In this document: positions 1-7,254 of the stretch, piece after piece
How positions within the stretch are numbered: position 1 is the first letter of the stretch
Layout: each line of letters starts with the position of its first letter
UHGV virus genome: UHGV-1767466
Strand: one strand, 5' to 3'
Source: a virus
DNA: 15,204 nt
Notes under the pieces: model-generated
Databases searched by the model: none
What the model was told of the DNA's origin: nothing
The model's input: only the letters and a program-made list of their open reading frames with translations
Made by a program: the position numbers and the translations under genes

Positions 1-13
1 GGCGGCCTTTTTT
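1..13 (+). terminator. 3' half of a rho-independent terminator cut by the window edge, possibly the tR'-type terminator upstream of the late lysis genes
   Basis: GGCGGCC at 1-7 followed directly by TTTTTT at 8-13. The upstream stem half is outside the window, so pairing cannot be confirmed. Confidence 0.3.
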
Positions 14-100
14 ATGCGCACTTCTGCAAATCAGCGTTATAACCAGCTTCTTTCCCTTTTACTTGTGGCACTTCCGGTAATCGGAGGTGGGAATTATGAA

Positions 101-436
101 ATGCACAACGATCCTCATTCCTGGCCTGATTTACTTGAACTGTTACAGAGCTGGTGGCGTGGAGACACACCGCTGGGTGCAGTGATTATGTCGATCGTTA
201 TGGCTGGCTTGCGCATTGCCTATTTTGGCGGGGGAGGGGGCTGGAAGCGAAAAACGCTCGAGATTTTGCTCTGTGGTGCTCTGACGCTGACTTTTGCATC
301 CGCTCTTGAGTATGTCGGATGGCCCAAATCGCTTTCTGTTGCCATTGGTGGCGGCGTTGGGCTGATCGGTGTCGATGCTATTCGTGGGGCTGCAATGCGA
401 GTAATCGGTAACAAATTTGGTAGCTCGAAGGAGTAA
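101..436 (+). CDS. Holin, lambda S-like family (111 aa)
   Basis: ORF frame 14..436. ATG at 101 sits 9-13 nt after GGAGGTGGG (83-91). The protein has hydrophobic helices and a charged C-terminus (RVIGNKFGSSKE) and resembles lambda S in size and layout. It lies immediately upstream of an R-like endolysin. The ATG at 14 has no RBS and overlaps the terminator T-tract. Confidence 0.75.
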   Translation: MHNDPHSWPDLLELLQSWWRGDTPLGAVIMSIVMAGLRIAYFGGGGGWKRKTLEILLCGALTLTFASALEYVGWPKSLSVAIGGGVGLIGVDAIRGAAMRVIGNKFGSSKE

Positions 437-439
437 TTT

Positions 440-916
440 ATGCAGGTACTAAATCCTCAGCGTAAAGCTTTCCTTGATATGGTGGCCTGGTCAGAAGGAA
501 CGGATAACGGGCGACAACCGACACGTAACCACGGTTATGACGTTATTGTCGGTGGCGAACTATTCGCTGATTACTCCGATCATCCTCGCAAACTTGTCAC
601 GCTAAACCCAAAACTCAAATCAACAGCAGCCGGACGTTACCAGCTTCTTTCCCGTTGGTGGGATGCTTACCGTAAACAGCTTGGTTTGAATGACTTCTCC
701 CCCAAAAGCCAGGACGCTGTGGCATTGCAGCAGATTAAAGAGCGTGGCGCTTTACCGATGATTGATCGCGGTGATATCCGTCAGGCTATCGATCGTTGCA
801 GCAATATCTGGGCGTCGTTACCTGGTGCAGGTTACGGTCAGTATGAACATAAAATCGGTGACCTGATTGCCCGATTTAAAAAAGCTGGTGGGGTAGTAAA
901 TGAAGCTGAGATATAG
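440..916 (+). CDS. R: Endolysin, lambda R-type lytic transglycosylase (158 aa)
   Basis: Translation MQVLNPQRKAFLDMVAWSEGTDNGRQPTRNHGYDVIVGG...SNIWASLPGAGYGQ closely matches my recollection of lambda R across its whole length, including the catalytic Glu context WSEGT. Same length (158 aa). SD GAAGGAG at 427-433. Confidence 0.93.
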   Translation: MQVLNPQRKAFLDMVAWSEGTDNGRQPTRNHGYDVIVGGELFADYSDHPRKLVTLNPKLKSTAAGRYQLLSRWWDAYRKQLGLNDFSPKSQDAVALQQIKERGALPMIDRGDIRQAIDRCSNIWASLPGAGYGQYEHKIGDLIARFKKAGGVVNEAEI

Positions 917-1292
917 GCTGGTTATTGTTGCCTTCGTTGTTACCGTCATTGGTTCCTTCATCTGGTCTGCTGGGCATTACTACAGCAAATATCAGCACGA
1001 AAAGGAGCGTGCTGATGAGGCTGTACGAAATGCTGAATCAGCAACTGCCATTACCCGTAACGTTCTGCAATCACTGCAAATCATCAATACAGTTATAGAG
1101 GCTAACCAGCATGCAAAAGAGCAGATCGCACTGGACGCATCGGGAGCCTCGGCTGATATCCGGGTTGCTGTTGCGAATGATGATTGCACTAATCGCCCTG
1201 TCCCTGCTGGCGCAGTTAAGCGGCTGCAACAATTCGCGAACGGTCTACGTCAAAGTGCCGGTAGTCCCGTTACCGGCCAGCCTGACGGCTGA
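900..1292 (+). CDS. Rz-like i-spanin (inner-membrane spanin subunit, 130 aa)
   Basis: Starts 17 nt before the endolysin stop. N-terminal TM segment (LVIVAFVVTVIGSFIW) followed by a charged, helix-prone periplasmic domain. Canonical position after the endolysin, and a lipoprotein ORF overlaps it in the +1 frame. Confidence 0.7.
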   Translation: MKLRYRLVIVAFVVTVIGSFIWSAGHYYSKYQHEKERADEAVRNAESATAITRNVLQSLQIINTVIEANQHAKEQIALDASGASADIRVAVANDDCTNRPVPAGAVKRLQQFANGLRQSAGSPVTGQPDG

Positions 1293-1434
1293 CACCCCGC
1301 AACCGGAAATCCCTGACAACCTGACGTGGGGCCAGAGCCTAGATTTAAACGTCAGTCTCCTATCAGCGCTTGGGCAGTGCAACCGGGATAAGGCAGATAT
1401 TAGGCAAACTGTAAAGAAACAAGCGGGCCAATAA
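1177..1434 (+). CDS. Rz1-like o-spanin (outer-membrane lipoprotein, about 85 aa precursor)
   Basis: In the +1 frame relative to Rz, from ATGATG at 1177. Signal peptide MMIALIALSLLAQLSGC with lipobox LSGC; mature part is proline-rich (VPVVPLPASLTADTPQPEIP). It extends 142 nt past the Rz stop, giving an overlapped rather than embedded architecture. Confidence 0.7.
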   Translation: MMIALIALSLLAQLSGCNNSRTVYVKVPVVPLPASLTADTPQPEIPDNLTWGQSLDLNVSLLSALGQCNRDKADIRQTVKKQAGQ

Positions 1435-1440
1435 GCCCGC
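1409..1440 (-). terminator. Rho-independent terminator for the minus-strand moron gene
   Basis: GCGGGC (1423-1428) / GCCCGC (1435-1440) stem with a 6-nt loop. On the minus strand it is followed by TTGTTTCTTTACAG (reverse complement of 1409-1422). It lies 22 nt downstream of the minus-strand gene stop at 1462 and overlaps the Rz1 stop codon. Confidence 0.5.
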
Positions 1441-1461
1441 ACTTATGGAGGATTCAAAATG

Positions 1462-2142
1462 TTACAGAACCCACCACCTGATCGAATCTGTGGGTATGGT
1501 TGCAGCCTCGACATTCTGGATCATACCCAACTCGGTGGCCCTTCCCGGATCAATGATGGTTGCAGAAGTGATCAAATTAGCCCAGTCAATTTGCTCATCT
1601 GGGGCTACAGCGAGAGCCTCGATATTCATCACCTGCACAAATCTTTGCAAGTCGTCATCCAGACATGCCGCCCATTCCCTAAGCCTGAGGTGATCTGCTT
1701 GTGGGGCGGCAAATCCCCAATGTAAAGGATGTAATAAAAATCGCGAGAGAGGATTAGCAAACCGCTCAGATCCAGCCATGAAAATAACATTTGCTATAGA
1801 TTCCACGTTACTAAGGTTATGTGTCTTCACCTTTACAGGAAGAGACTTAAGAAAGTTGTATGCGGTAAAACCTGCAACGGTATCTCCACCTTTACTAGAG
1901 ATGTAAATCCTGATCTCAGAGGCTGGTTGGTTAGGGCTTGATATCGCTTTGAGGCAAACATCCATAAGGCTGGATACAGAAGCAACTGTCACATCTGTCA
2001 TGAAGTGTACGGTATGGATCATTTCAGTTTCCCAGAGATATGCCGCAATTGGCATTTTCATAATGCACATAAAGTGAAAAGTTTTCTGCGTAAACCCGGA
2101 TGAAATAATTTCATGAAGTAAGGCATTACAGAAGCCCTTCAT
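1462..2142 (-). CDS. ClpP-fold (S14/S49-like) serine peptidase homolog, moron gene (up to 226 aa; start uncertain, internal ATGs at codons 25/28/30)
   Basis: Translation aligns by eye to E. coli ClpP over the catalytic core. IRIYISSKGGDTVAGFTAY matches IYLYINSPGGVITAGMSIY. A Ser lies 31 residues after the GG (VESIAN vs QAASMG). ERFANPLSRFLLHP matches KRFCLPNSRVMIHQP, with His at the equivalent spot. The gene is the only minus-strand gene in the region, is AT-rich relative to its neighbours, and has its own terminator. Confidence 0.6.
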   Translation of the reverse strand: MKGFCNALLHEIISSGFTQKTFHFMCIMKMPIAAYLWETEMIHTVHFMTDVTVASVSSLMDVCLKAISSPNQPASEIRIYISSKGGDTVAGFTAYNFLKSLPVKVKTHNLSNVESIANVIFMAGSERFANPLSRFLLHPLHWGFAAPQADHLRLREWAACLDDDLQRFVQVMNIEALAVAPDEQIDWANLITSATIIDPGRATELGMIQNVEAATIPTDSIRWWVL

Positions 2143-2476
2143 TGAGGGGCTTCGATAATGAAACCGGAATTTATTCTGGGTAACCAGTTACGGCAGTACA
2201 GCGAAACAACCCAAGCCAGTAAGTGGGGAAATAACACTGGCAGCCACTGAAAGATGAACCTCCTGCCTTATGGCAAAAAAGATTCTTTGTGGTGGCGGAC
2301 TGATGGAAAGACATCGGTTATTGCAGAGGCCATTCAATGAGTGGTCTCGACAATGGCTTATACCCTGCACGGGATAACTTAACTGATATCCCTTTTAACG
2401 GATAAACGGAGCCAATAATGGCAGAGAATGTCGGCATTATGGCAGTTAAATTTGGATAAATCGGAGATTAGTACAT

Positions 2477-2827
2477 ATGCCGCCACGAATCCCGAAAGCC
2501 TGCCGTGCTCGAGGTTGCCGTAATACCACCACAGACCCGTCAGGCTACTGCGAAAGCCACAAAAGCGAAGGCTGGAAGCAGTACAAACCTGGACAGTCCC
2601 GACACCAGCGCGGTTATGGTTCGAAGTGGGATGTTATCCGCGCGTGTGTGCTGAAGCGTGATAAAGGTTTATGTCAGTTATGTCTGCGTGCTGGTGTGGT
2701 GCGTGAGGCGAAAACCGTTGACCACATCATTCCCAAAGCGCATGGCGGCACCGATGCCGACAGTAACCTGCAGAGTCTGTGCTGGCCGTGTCATAAGGCG
2801 AAGACGGCCCGTGAACGGCTGAAGTAA
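2477..2827 (+). CDS. HNH endonuclease (phage packaging-associated, HK97 gp74-like), 116 aa
   Basis: Cys-rich N-terminus (CRARGCRNTTTDPSGYCESH). HNH core DHIIPKAHGGTDADSNLQSLCWPCHKAK with His...Asn...His and a CxxC zinc ligand pair. Sits directly upstream of the terminase genes, as is typical for cos-phage HNH proteins. ATG at 2477, GGAG at 2463-2466. Confidence 0.9.
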   Translation: MPPRIPKACRARGCRNTTTDPSGYCESHKSEGWKQYKPGQSRHQRGYGSKWDVIRACVLKRDKGLCQLCLRAGVVREAKTVDHIIPKAHGGTDADSNLQSLCWPCHKAKTARERLK

Positions 2828-2952
2828 GAACCAGTTCCCATTGCCAGAGGGGAGGGGCGGGTCAAATCCCTGTGACCTGACGTCTTCCGGACTGCCCGCC
2901 CCATCGTTTTTTTATACCCGCGAAAAATGAAATTTAACCAGGAGTGCCGCAT
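2828..2952. other. Candidate cos / packaging-initiation region between HNH and TerS
   Basis: 125-bp non-coding gap exactly where HK97-like phages carry cos. Contains an 8-bp GC inverted repeat GGGGCGGG (2854-2861) / CCCGCCCC (2895-2902) flanking a GACGTC palindrome (2879-2884), followed by a T7 run (2907-2913). The cut site cannot be located from sequence alone. Confidence 0.4.
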
Positions 2953-3447
2953 ATGGCTGGAACGGCGGGGCGTTCCGGGCGTCGCCCCAAGCCAACGGCG
3001 CGCAAGGCGCTGGCCGGAAACCCCGGCAAGCGAGCCCTGAACAAAGATGAACCTGTTTTTACGCCCATCAAAGGTGTTGAGCCACCGGAGTGGTTCGCTG
3101 AAGAAGATCTCCCTCTCGCCACGATCATGTGGCAACTGACAACCAAAGAACTCTGCGGTCAGGGCCTGCTGTGCGTGACTGACCTCGCGGTGCTTGAGCG
3201 GTGGTGCGTGGCCTACGAGTTCTGGCGACGTGCCGTGAAAAATATTGCCAGACAGGGCAACACCATCACCGGTGCAATGGGTGGCATGGTCAAAAATCCG
3301 GAGCTGACCGCCAAGAAAGAACAGGAGTCCGAGATGAGCAGCACGGGGGCAATGCTCGGACTCGACCCCAGCAGCCGCCAGCGTCTGATTGGCCTGGCGG
3401 GGCAGAAGAAAGCCACTAACCCGTTTCTGAAAATCATCGAATCATGA
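2953..3447 (+). CDS. Terminase small subunit (P27-family TerS), 164 aa
   Basis: ATG at 2953 preceded by AGGAG (2940-2944) at 8-nt spacing; the ORF track begins at an in-frame GTG at 2944. Basic N-terminus ([22 protein letters not shown]) typical of TerS. The stop overlaps the TerL start (ATGA at 3444-3447). Confidence 0.85.
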   Translation: MAGTAGRSGRRPKPTARKALAGNPGKRALNKDEPVFTPIKGVEPPEWFAEEDLPLATIMWQLTTKELCGQGLLCVTDLAVLERWCVAYEFWRRAVKNIARQGNTITGAMGGMVKNPELTAKKEQESEMSSTGAMLGLDPSSRQRLIGLAGQKKATNPFLKIIES

Positions 3448-5177
3448 GCCGGAAATCTTACCCCAACGTAAATGCTGCCAATCAGTATGCCCGTGATGTC
3501 GTGCGCGGAAAGATTGTGGCCTGCCAGTTTGTGATTCAGGCCTGCCAGCGCCATCTTGATGACCTGATGGCGGAAAAAAGTAAGTCGTTTCGTTACCGCT
3601 TCGACAAGGACCTGGCTGAACGGGCCGCGAAATTTATTCAGCTGTTGCCACACACCAAGGGGGAGTGGGCATTCAAGAGGATGCCCATCACGCTGGAACC
3701 GTGGCAGCTCTTTGTGATCTGCTGTGCGTTTGGCTGGGTCAATAAAGGCTCCCGGCTGCGCCGCTTCAGGGAGGTGTATACCGAAATCCCCCGTAAGAAC
3801 GGCAAATCGGCAATCTCTGCCGGTGTTGCCCTGTATTGTTTTGCCTGTGATAACGAGTTTGGCGCGGAAGTGTATTCCGGTGCCACGACAGAGAAACAGG
3901 CGTGGGAAGTCTTTCGCCCGGCGCGACTGATGTGTAAACGCACACCCATGCTGACGGAAGCGTTCGGGATTGAGGTTAACGCCTCAAACATGAACCGTCC
4001 GGAGGATGGCGCGCGGTTTGAACCGCTGATCGGTAACCCCGGTGATGGTTCATCACCCCACTGTGCCGTGGTGGATGAATATCACGAGCACGCCACCGAT
4101 GCGCTTTATACCACGATGCTTACCGGGATGGGCGCGCGACGTCAGCCACTGATGTGGGCCATCACCACCGCCGGGTACAACATTGAGGGGCCGTGCTACG
4201 ACAAGCGGCGGGAAGTTATCGAGATGCTCAACGGTTCGGTACCCAACGATGAATTGTTCGGGATCATCTATACAGTTGACGAAGGCGATGACTGGACCGA
4301 CCCGCAGGTGCTGGAAAAAGCTAACCCGAATATTGGCGTGTCGGTTTATCGCGAATTTTTGTTAAGTCAGCAGCAGCGTGCGAAAAATAACGCCCGTCTG
4401 GCAAACGTCTTTAAAACAAAACACCTCAATATCTGGGTGTCGGCGCGTTCGGCGTATTTCAACCTGGTGAGCTGGCAGAGCTGCGAGGATAAATCACTGA
4501 CCCTTGAGCAGTTCGAGGGGCAACCGTGCATTCTGGCCTTTGACCTGGCGCGTAAGCTGGATATGAACAGCATGGCGCGACTTTATACCCGCGAGATTGA
4601 CGGTAAAACGCATTACTACAGTGTGGCCCCGCGTTTCTGGGTACCGTATGACACGGTGTACAGCGTCGAGAAAAATGAAGATCGACGGACAGCCGAACGC
4701 TTTCAGAAATGGGTGGAAATGGGCGTTCTGACCGTTACCGATGGTGCAGAGGTGGATTATCGCTACATCCTCGAAGAGGCCAAAGCGGCGAACAAAATCA
4801 GCCCGGTCAGCGAGTCACCCATCGACCCCTTCGGGGCGACCGGGTTGTCACATGACCTTGCTGATGAAGACCTGAATCCCGTCACTATCATTCAGAACTA
4901 CACCAACATGTCCGACCCGATGAAAGAGCTGGAAGCGGCAATTGAATCGGGGCGCTTTCATCATGATGGCAATCCCATCATGACCTGGTGTATCGGCAAT
5001 GTGGTCGGCAAAACCATTCCGGGTAACGATGATGTGGTGAAACCCGTCAAAGAGCAGGCGGAAAACAAAATTGACGGTGCAGTTGCGCTGATTATGGCGG
5101 TTGGCAGAGCCATGCTGTACGAGAAAGAAGACACGCTGTCTGACCACATTGAGTCCTATGGGATCCGCTCGCTTTAA
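3444..5177 (+). CDS. Terminase large subunit (TerL), 577 aa
   Basis: Length and position fit. Walker A-like P-loop ([14 protein letters not shown]), acidic Walker B-like stretch (AVVDEYHEH), and a C-terminal nuclease-type region with conserved Asp residues ([13 protein letters not shown]). Translationally coupled to TerS. Confidence 0.93.
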   Translation: MSRKSYPNVNAANQYARDVVRGKIVACQFVIQACQRHLDDLMAEKSKSFRYRFDKDLAERAAKFIQLLPHTKGEWAFKRMPITLEPWQLFVICCAFGWVNKGSRLRRFREVYTEIPRKNGKSAISAGVALYCFACDNEFGAEVYSGATTEKQAWEVFRPARLMCKRTPMLTEAFGIEVNASNMNRPEDGARFEPLIGNPGDGSSPHCAVVDEYHEHATDALYTTMLTGMGARRQPLMWAITTAGYNIEGPCYDKRREVIEMLNGSVPNDELFGIIYTVDEGDDWTDPQVLEKANPNIGVSVYREFLLSQQQRAKNNARLANVFKTKHLNIWVSARSAYFNLVSWQSCEDKSLTLEQFEGQPCILAFDLARKLDMNSMARLYTREIDGKTHYYSVAPRFWVPYDTVYSVEKNEDRRTAERFQKWVEMGVLTVTDGAEVDYRYILEEAKAANKISPVSESPIDPFGATGLSHDLADEDLNPVTIIQNYTNMSDPMKELEAAIESGRFHHDGNPIMTWCIGNVVGKTIPGNDDVVKPVKEQAENKIDGAVALIMAVGRAMLYEKEDTLSDHIESYGIRSL

Positions 5178-5188
5178 CTGAGGTAATT

Positions 5189-5371
5189 ATGATCATGCTG
5201 ATTCTCGCGCCTCTGGTGGGCGTGCTGGGGGCGCTTTTGCTGGCGTATGGTGCCTGGATGATTTATCCCCCGGCGGGGTTTGTTGTTGCCGGGGCGTTGT
5301 GCCTGTTCTGGTCGTGGCTGGTGGCGCGATATCTCGACCGTACACAGCTGTCTGTTGGTGGAGGTAAATAG
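5189..5371 (+). CDS. Small membrane protein (60 aa, two predicted TM helices), function unknown
   Basis: Exactly fills the gap between TerL and portal. GAGG at 5180-5183, 5 nt before ATG 5189. Its stop TAG (5369-5371) overlaps the portal GTG start by 1 nt. Sequence is almost entirely hydrophobic ([26 protein letters not shown]...[14 protein letters not shown]). Confidence 0.5.
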   Translation: MIMLILAPLVGVLGALLLAYGAWMIYPPAGFVVAGALCLFWSWLVARYLDRTQLSVGGGK

Positions 5372-6612
5372 TGTTCTTTTCGGGATTATTTCAACGAAAA
5401 AGTGACGCACCGGTGACCACGCCAGCAGAGCTGGCGGAGGCTATCGGGCTGTCCTACGACACCTATACCGGAAAGCAGATCAGCAGTCAGCGGGCCATGC
5501 GACTGACGGCGGTTTTTTCCTGCGTCAGAGTGCTGGCAGAGTCGGTCGGGATGTTGCCCTGCAATCTGTATCACCTGAACGGCAGCCTGAAGCAGAGAGC
5601 CACCGGCGAACGTCTGCATAAACTGATCTCCACGCATCCCAATGGCTATATGACGCCGCAGGAGTTCTGGGAGCTGGTGGTCACCTGTCTGTGCCTGCGG
5701 GGAAACTTTTACGCCTACAAAGTGAAAGCATTTGGCGAAGTGGCTGAACTGCTGCCCGTCGATCCCGGCTGTGTGGTACCGAAGCTTAACAGTAGCTGGG
5801 AGCCGATCTATCAGGTCACATTCCCGGATGGCTCCACGGATGTACTGAGCCAGGAGGATATCTGGCATGTGCGCACGCTGACGCTGGACGGACTGGTGGG
5901 GCTGAATCCCATCGCCTATGCCCGCGAGGCAATATCGCTGGCAGCTGCGACCGAAGAGCACGGGGCCAGACTGTTCAGCAATGGCGCGGTGACGTCGGGG
6001 GTGTTGCGTACAGAGCAGACGCTGTCAGATCAGGCTTATGAGCGCCTGAAGAAAGATTTTGAGGAGCGTCACACCGGGCTTGGCAATGCTCACCGCCCGA
6101 TGATCCTTGAGATGGGGCTGGACTGGAAGTCGATGGCGCTGAACGCCGAGGACAGCCAGTTCCTGGAAACCCGCAAGTTTCAGCTTGAAGAAATCTGTCG
6201 TCTGTTCCGGGTGCCGTTGCACATGGTGCAGAACACCGATCGCGCCACCTTCAACAATATCGAAGAGCTGGGGCTGGGATTTATCAACTATTCACTGGTG
6301 CCGTATCTGACCCGCATCGAACAGCGGATCAACACCGGACTGGTACGAAAAAGTAAGCAGGGCGTTTATTACGCCAAATTTAACGCCGGGGCGTTACTGC
6401 GCGGGGATATGAAGTCCCGTTTTGAAGCCTACGCCACCGGGATCAACTGGGGAATTTACTCTCCCAATGACTGCCGCGACCTGGAAGATATGAATCCGCG
6501 TCCCGGTGGTGATGTCTATCTCACACCGATGAACATGACCACGAAACCCTCCGATGGCAGTAAAGCCGGTAAGCAGAAGGATAACGCCAATGCAGACGAA
6601 ACAACGTCTTGA
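5371..6612 (+). CDS. Portal protein (HK97-family), 413 aa
   Basis: GTG start at 5371 preceded by GGTGGAGGT (5357-5365). Size and position between terminase and prohead protease fit. Acidic Asp/Glu-rich C-terminal tail typical of portals. Confidence 0.9.
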   Translation: MFFSGLFQRKSDAPVTTPAELAEAIGLSYDTYTGKQISSQRAMRLTAVFSCVRVLAESVGMLPCNLYHLNGSLKQRATGERLHKLISTHPNGYMTPQEFWELVVTCLCLRGNFYAYKVKAFGEVAELLPVDPGCVVPKLNSSWEPIYQVTFPDGSTDVLSQEDIWHVRTLTLDGLVGLNPIAYAREAISLAAATEEHGARLFSNGAVTSGVLRTEQTLSDQAYERLKKDFEERHTGLGNAHRPMILEMGLDWKSMALNAEDSQFLETRKFQLEEICRLFRVPLHMVQNTDRATFNNIEELGLGFINYSLVPYLTRIEQRINTGLVRKSKQGVYYAKFNAGALLRGDMKSRFEAYATGINWGIYSPNDCRDLEDMNPRPGGDVYLTPMNMTTKPSDGSKAGKQKDNANADETTS

Positions 6613-7240
6613 TGTACCGCTGAGTCTGAAATCTGTCAGTGACTCCGGTGAGTTTGAAGGGTATGGCTCCGTCTTTGGTGTAAAGGACAGCCACGATGAT
6701 GTGGTGATGTCCGGGGCATTTGCTGCTTCCCTGCGGGCGTGGAGTGACAGAAAAGCGTTACCTGCGCTGCTCTGGCAGCACCGCATGGATGAACCCATCG
6801 GTGTTTACACCGAAATGAAGGAAGACGATGTCGGGCTTTACGTCAGGGGACGGTTGCTTATTGATGATGATCCCCTCGCAAAACGCGCACATGCACACAT
6901 GAAGGCCGGTTCGTTAACCGGCCTTTCTATTGGGTACGTCCTGAAAGACTGGGAATACGACCGGAGCAAAGAAGCCTTTCTGCTGAAAGAAATCGACCTC
7001 TGGGAAGTCAGCCTGGTGACGTTCCCGTCTAACGACGAGGCGCGGATCAGCGACGTCAAGAACGCACTGGCCCGCGGGGAAATCCCCGAACAGAAAAAAA
7101 TCGAAAGAGTCCTGCGTGATGTCGGACTCTCCCGTACCCAGGCCAAAGCATTCATGGCCGGGGGCTATGGCGCACTGTCCCTGCGCGACGCTGAGGATGT
7201 GGGCTCTGCACTGAATGCACTGAAAAATCTGAACTTCTAA
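6590..7240 (+). CDS. Prohead maturation protease (HK97 gp4-like, S78 family), 216 aa; alternative start 6554 (228 aa)
   Basis: Conserved N-terminal motif EFEGYGSVFGVKDSHDDVV, characteristic of HK97-type prohead proteases, and a C-terminal region typical of this family. ATG 6590 has a weak AAGGA upstream and overlaps the portal end by 23 nt; ATG 6554 has no RBS. Confidence 0.85.
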   Translation: MQTKQRLDVPLSLKSVSDSGEFEGYGSVFGVKDSHDDVVMSGAFAASLRAWSDRKALPALLWQHRMDEPIGVYTEMKEDDVGLYVRGRLLIDDDPLAKRAHAHMKAGSLTGLSIGYVLKDWEYDRSKEAFLLKEIDLWEVSLVTFPSNDEARISDVKNALARGEIPEQKKIERVLRDVGLSRTQAKAFMAGGYGALSLRDAEDVGSALNALKNLNF

Positions 7241-7254
7241 TCAGGAGAAATACG

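Noticed and set aside
14-100. Longer holin start at ATG 14 (140 aa)
   Set aside because: No RBS and the ATG overlaps the terminator T-tract; ATG 101 has a proper SD and gives a lambda S-sized product. Kept only as a low-interest alternative isoform.
1459-1725. Plus-strand 88-aa ORF with a strong GGAGG RBS just after Rz1 (and the overlapping 82-aa ORF at 1445..1693)
   Set aside because: Lies entirely antisense to the 3' end of the ClpP-like gene, whose protein-family match is much stronger. The Cys-rich product has no recognisable family. The RBS-like sequence is probably coincidental.
2157-2249. Plus-strand 30-codon mini-ORF with GAGGGG RBS, divergent from the ClpP-like gene
   Set aside because: Too short to support from sequence alone and no recognisable motif; noted only as part of the moron regulatory region.
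2188-2370. Minus-strand 60-aa ORF in the AT-rich gap upstream of the ClpP-like gene
   Set aside because: No RBS, no family resemblance, and it lies where the moron promoter is expected; treated as non-coding.
3213-3653. Minus-strand 146-aa ORF and other alternate-frame ORFs within the TerS/TerL genes (for example 3724..3930, 4183..4365, 4848..5147)
   Set aside because: All lie inside or antisense to the terminase genes, which have strong motif support; none has an RBS or recognisable family.
5386-5961. Minus-strand 191-aa ORF inside the portal gene
   Set aside because: Antisense to a well-supported portal CDS in GC-rich DNA; no RBS; Arg/Gly/Gln-biased composition typical of spurious antisense frames.
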